From the NCBI RefSeq assembly GCF_018350175.1, contig NC_058383.1:10790001-10854000 (forward strand): DNA of 64,000 bases, in the 5' to 3' direction. Source of the DNA: Felis catus. Taxonomy: Eukaryota. How positions within the stretch are numbered: the stretch's first letter is position 1; every line of letters starts with the position of its first letter. The notes below the pieces were generated by a model. It was not told the DNA's origin. It searched no databases and was given only the letters and a program-made list of their open reading frames with translations. A program made the position numbers and the translations under genes. Shown here piece by piece: positions 61,097 to 64,000 of the stretch.

Positions 61097-64000
61097 TGAA
61101 AATGAGTTTTAATTTAAAGAACTGCGTTCAATTATTCCGCTGAGGAAAATAAGTAATCGCACTTCACCCGCTTTGCACCCCCAACACGGCCCGAGGCCCC
61201 GTTTGAGAAGCTTGGCTGTGGGTGTGGGGCCTCTCAAGCAGAGGGCTGAGGGCCTGTTTGCAGGGGGGACAGGGAATGGCATCTCTTGTCATTGTCCCCA
61301 CCCCACCGGGGCCCCTCCTAGGTCTCTCTGTGGGGTCTCCTGTCACTCAGCAGGTGCTGGGGGGAATGGGCTTCTTGAATGAGGGGGGCCTGGAAGCCAG
61401 CATGGGGGCGATTCTCAGCACAGGATGGAGGGGAAGGGGACTAACAAGCAGGAGCAGTGACACGTCCCCTTCTGCGCCCTCAGGAAGGTTCCACCGCTTC
61501 TGAGCTGCGTGATCTTGGACAAGTTAACTTCCAGGACCTGGAAGGTCTCTGGACCTCCAGGTCACACAGAGCAGGGACCCCAGCTCCTTGGCCCCCCAAC
61601 CCTCTCCCTTCAGCCGCCCGGAGGGTCATTTCTTCTGGCCCCTGCCCCCCTCCCCGCCGTCAGCCCTCCCACCCCCTCCCCACCCTTCCAACGCTGTCAC
61701 GCTCTCGAGAGCTCAAAATAAAACCATCCTTTCTCAAGTTTCTAAAGATATCACAGTTCCAGCGCCAGCCACATGTTTCTCCGCTTAATTATCTCTGCTT
61801 TTCTTTGTTAATTAGGCTCCAGTAACGATCTCCCTTCTGCCTTCCCTGGAAGATCTGGCATCTGCAGGGCGGGGCGTGGGGGCCCCTGTGGGCAGATGCC
61901 CCGCTGCCGGGCCCAGCCTTGGCACACCGCCTCCTTTCTTCCAGGCGGGGCAGCTCGGTGGGCGGCTGAACGGTGTCACGTCGGGAGGCCTGTGGGGAGC
62001 TGGGTCCCTGCAGCGCCATCCCGCCCCTGGCTTGGCTAGGGGTCCCAGCCCTGTCCTCCCCGGGCCCTGCCAGTTGGGGAGGGGGCCCCACGGTTCTTAG
62101 AGATCCTTAGACTTGGGGGCTCCACGGAAGGAAGCCGTGGGGGGCTTCAGACTCTTCTGGAACATCGCAGAAAACCACACAGAAGCCAGTCTCTTGGCTC
62201 AAACCACCCAAGCTCATGGGAACAGCCAGCACCTTTATCTGGGCTGGAATGAGATCGACTCGAAGGGTCGCTGGGCACCACGTGAACAGAAGTTTCTCGC
62301 TGGCTGATAAATGCATCTTTGAGCCACGACAGTGGAGGTGTGGGGGCCAGGCACCAAGTATAGGTCAGCACGTATGGTTGACTGGCTGGACTCCATCTTT
62401 CCAGCCTCCTAGGGAGGGGTCTGGCGACAAGAGGCCGCCTGGTGGGAGGTGGGGGTAGGGGACACACAGCCCTAGCCTTCTGAAGCCCCCCAGGCACGGG
62501 GACTGGGACAGTCCTCTTTGGGAGCCCAGGTGTATTACTTCGTCCATGAACTGTTCCAGGGTGTCTGTGGGCTGGTGCTGGGCTTTTGATCAACACCAAG
62601 TGGAAAAAAAAAAAAAAAGCCTTGCTTCATGGAGCTGACCTTCTGGTGTGGATGCAGAGAATAACGCACAAAATGTAAAGAACGTTCAATGCGTGCTCAG
62701 GAGAAGCGGGGAAGCAGATGGGAGAGGTGGAGTTTATTTTTAGGGGGTTGCAACATGAGGGAGGCGGTGGCCAGTGAGGGCCTTTGAGTAATAAAGCAGG
62801 CGGTAGTGAGCCAGGGGGCTAGGGAAGAGCAGTGCAGGCAGAGAGGAAAATCGCAAAGGCCCTGGGGTCACCTGCCGGGGCGTCAGAGGAAGGAGGTAGG
62901 AGGGGAGGTGGAAATGGAGAGGCGGCAGATTATGTGAGGCTGGATAGAACATTGGCTTTTGCTCATTCGCTGGGAGCCAGTGCAGGCCTCTGAGCAGGGG
63001 GGAGACAGAATCCAATTTAGGACTGAACAGAGTCCCTCTGGTTGCTCGGTGAGGACAGACAGGCTAGAAGCAGGAAGAGACGGAGGGAGGTGGAAGTCAC
63101 AGCCCAGTGGTGGTGCCCCTGGCGGGAGCAGTGAGGACAGTGGGGAGTCAGCGTCTCCAGGTCTAGTTGGTAGCTAAGGCCCGCAGAACTTGCCGGAGTC
63201 CCGTCTGACCTCGGATTCCAGCTGGGCTTCTTGGAAGATAAAGGTACCAGTAACTCAGAGGTAGCCGAGACGGGGCAGGTGCAGGAGGGTTGGCGGGGGG
63301 GGGGAGGGGGGGTAGAGTGTCAGCACTTGATTTATGCCGTGTTGAGTCTGGGGTGTCATCCAGTAGCATTTGGATACACAAGTGGGGGGTCCAAGGGAGC
63401 AGTTGAACTTGAAGGATCACCTGGTGAATCAAGCCTGTCGCTAGTATTGAAAGCCCTACAACAGAATGAGATCATCAGGAGTGAGGTGAGTCGCAGGGCT
63501 GTGGCCCTGGTGCCCTCCAGCAGTCCTTTGTGGGTCAGGAAGATAAGGAACTTGGCGAGAGGAAGGGGAGCCAGGACGGAGGGGTGCCCTGGAGCTGGGC
63601 GGAAAACCCCGTTTCTCCCTGGGGCAGAACCTTCTCCGCTTGTGGCTGTGAAAGCCCCACGTGGCCCAGAGACGGCTGAATATCTCGCAGAGACGTTGGG
63701 GTCAGGCTCTAAGCAGTGGTGGCTCTGCGGTGGCCCCCTCTGCAGGAGTATAGATGCCACACAAGACAGGACAGGAGAAACCGGTTGGCCCCACGCGCTC
63801 CATGAATTAGGGGAGCCCCAGGTTCCCGTTATGTGTTCTGTTCTAGTGAGCAGGTTCCCCGTGACGTCTCTGGTGTTTGGAAACGGGGAGTGTGGCAGCA
63901 GCAGAGTGGACCTTGTGTGCCGGGGGAAGGAGGACGGGTTTGCCCCACAGAGTCCTCAGCAGGTTTAAAGCAAAGGAATGACAGGGTCGGATAGACTCTT

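Noticed and set aside
52944..64000. Search for the next coding exon (DEDDANRLGEKV... as recalled) and for a rodent-type extra exon
   Set aside because: No matching translation seen; the region is treated as intron 22

Overview
Mammalian genomic DNA, almost certainly felid, judged from abundant Can-SINEs including young Felidae-type copies. The window lies inside one + strand gene, GTF2IRD1 (TFII-I family transcription factor of the Williams-Beuren syntenic region). I traced 21 coding exons (exons 2-22 by human numbering as I recall it) from the ATG at 3265 to 52943. All have GT-AG boundaries and join into one open frame of 2320 nt (773 codons plus 1 nt), covering the N-terminal leucine zipper and I-repeats 1-4. 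The non-coding first exon and the 3' exons (I-repeat 5, stop codon) lie outside the window. The introns hold about 30 Can-SINEs, MER21/MLT1-type LTRs, Tigger/MER DNA transposons, L1/L2/L3 fossils and microsatellites. I found no CRISPR array, RNA gene or second protein-coding gene. The most interesting signals concern splicing: a ~340-nt AG-free pyrimidine tract that forces a distant branch point for exon 12, two candidate stop-containing poison exons, an in-frame 96-nt alternative acceptor on exon 3, an out-of-frame counterpart of the human exon-19 extension, and inverted SINE pairs around frame-neutral exons. Repeat coordinates and subfamily names are by eye and approximate.
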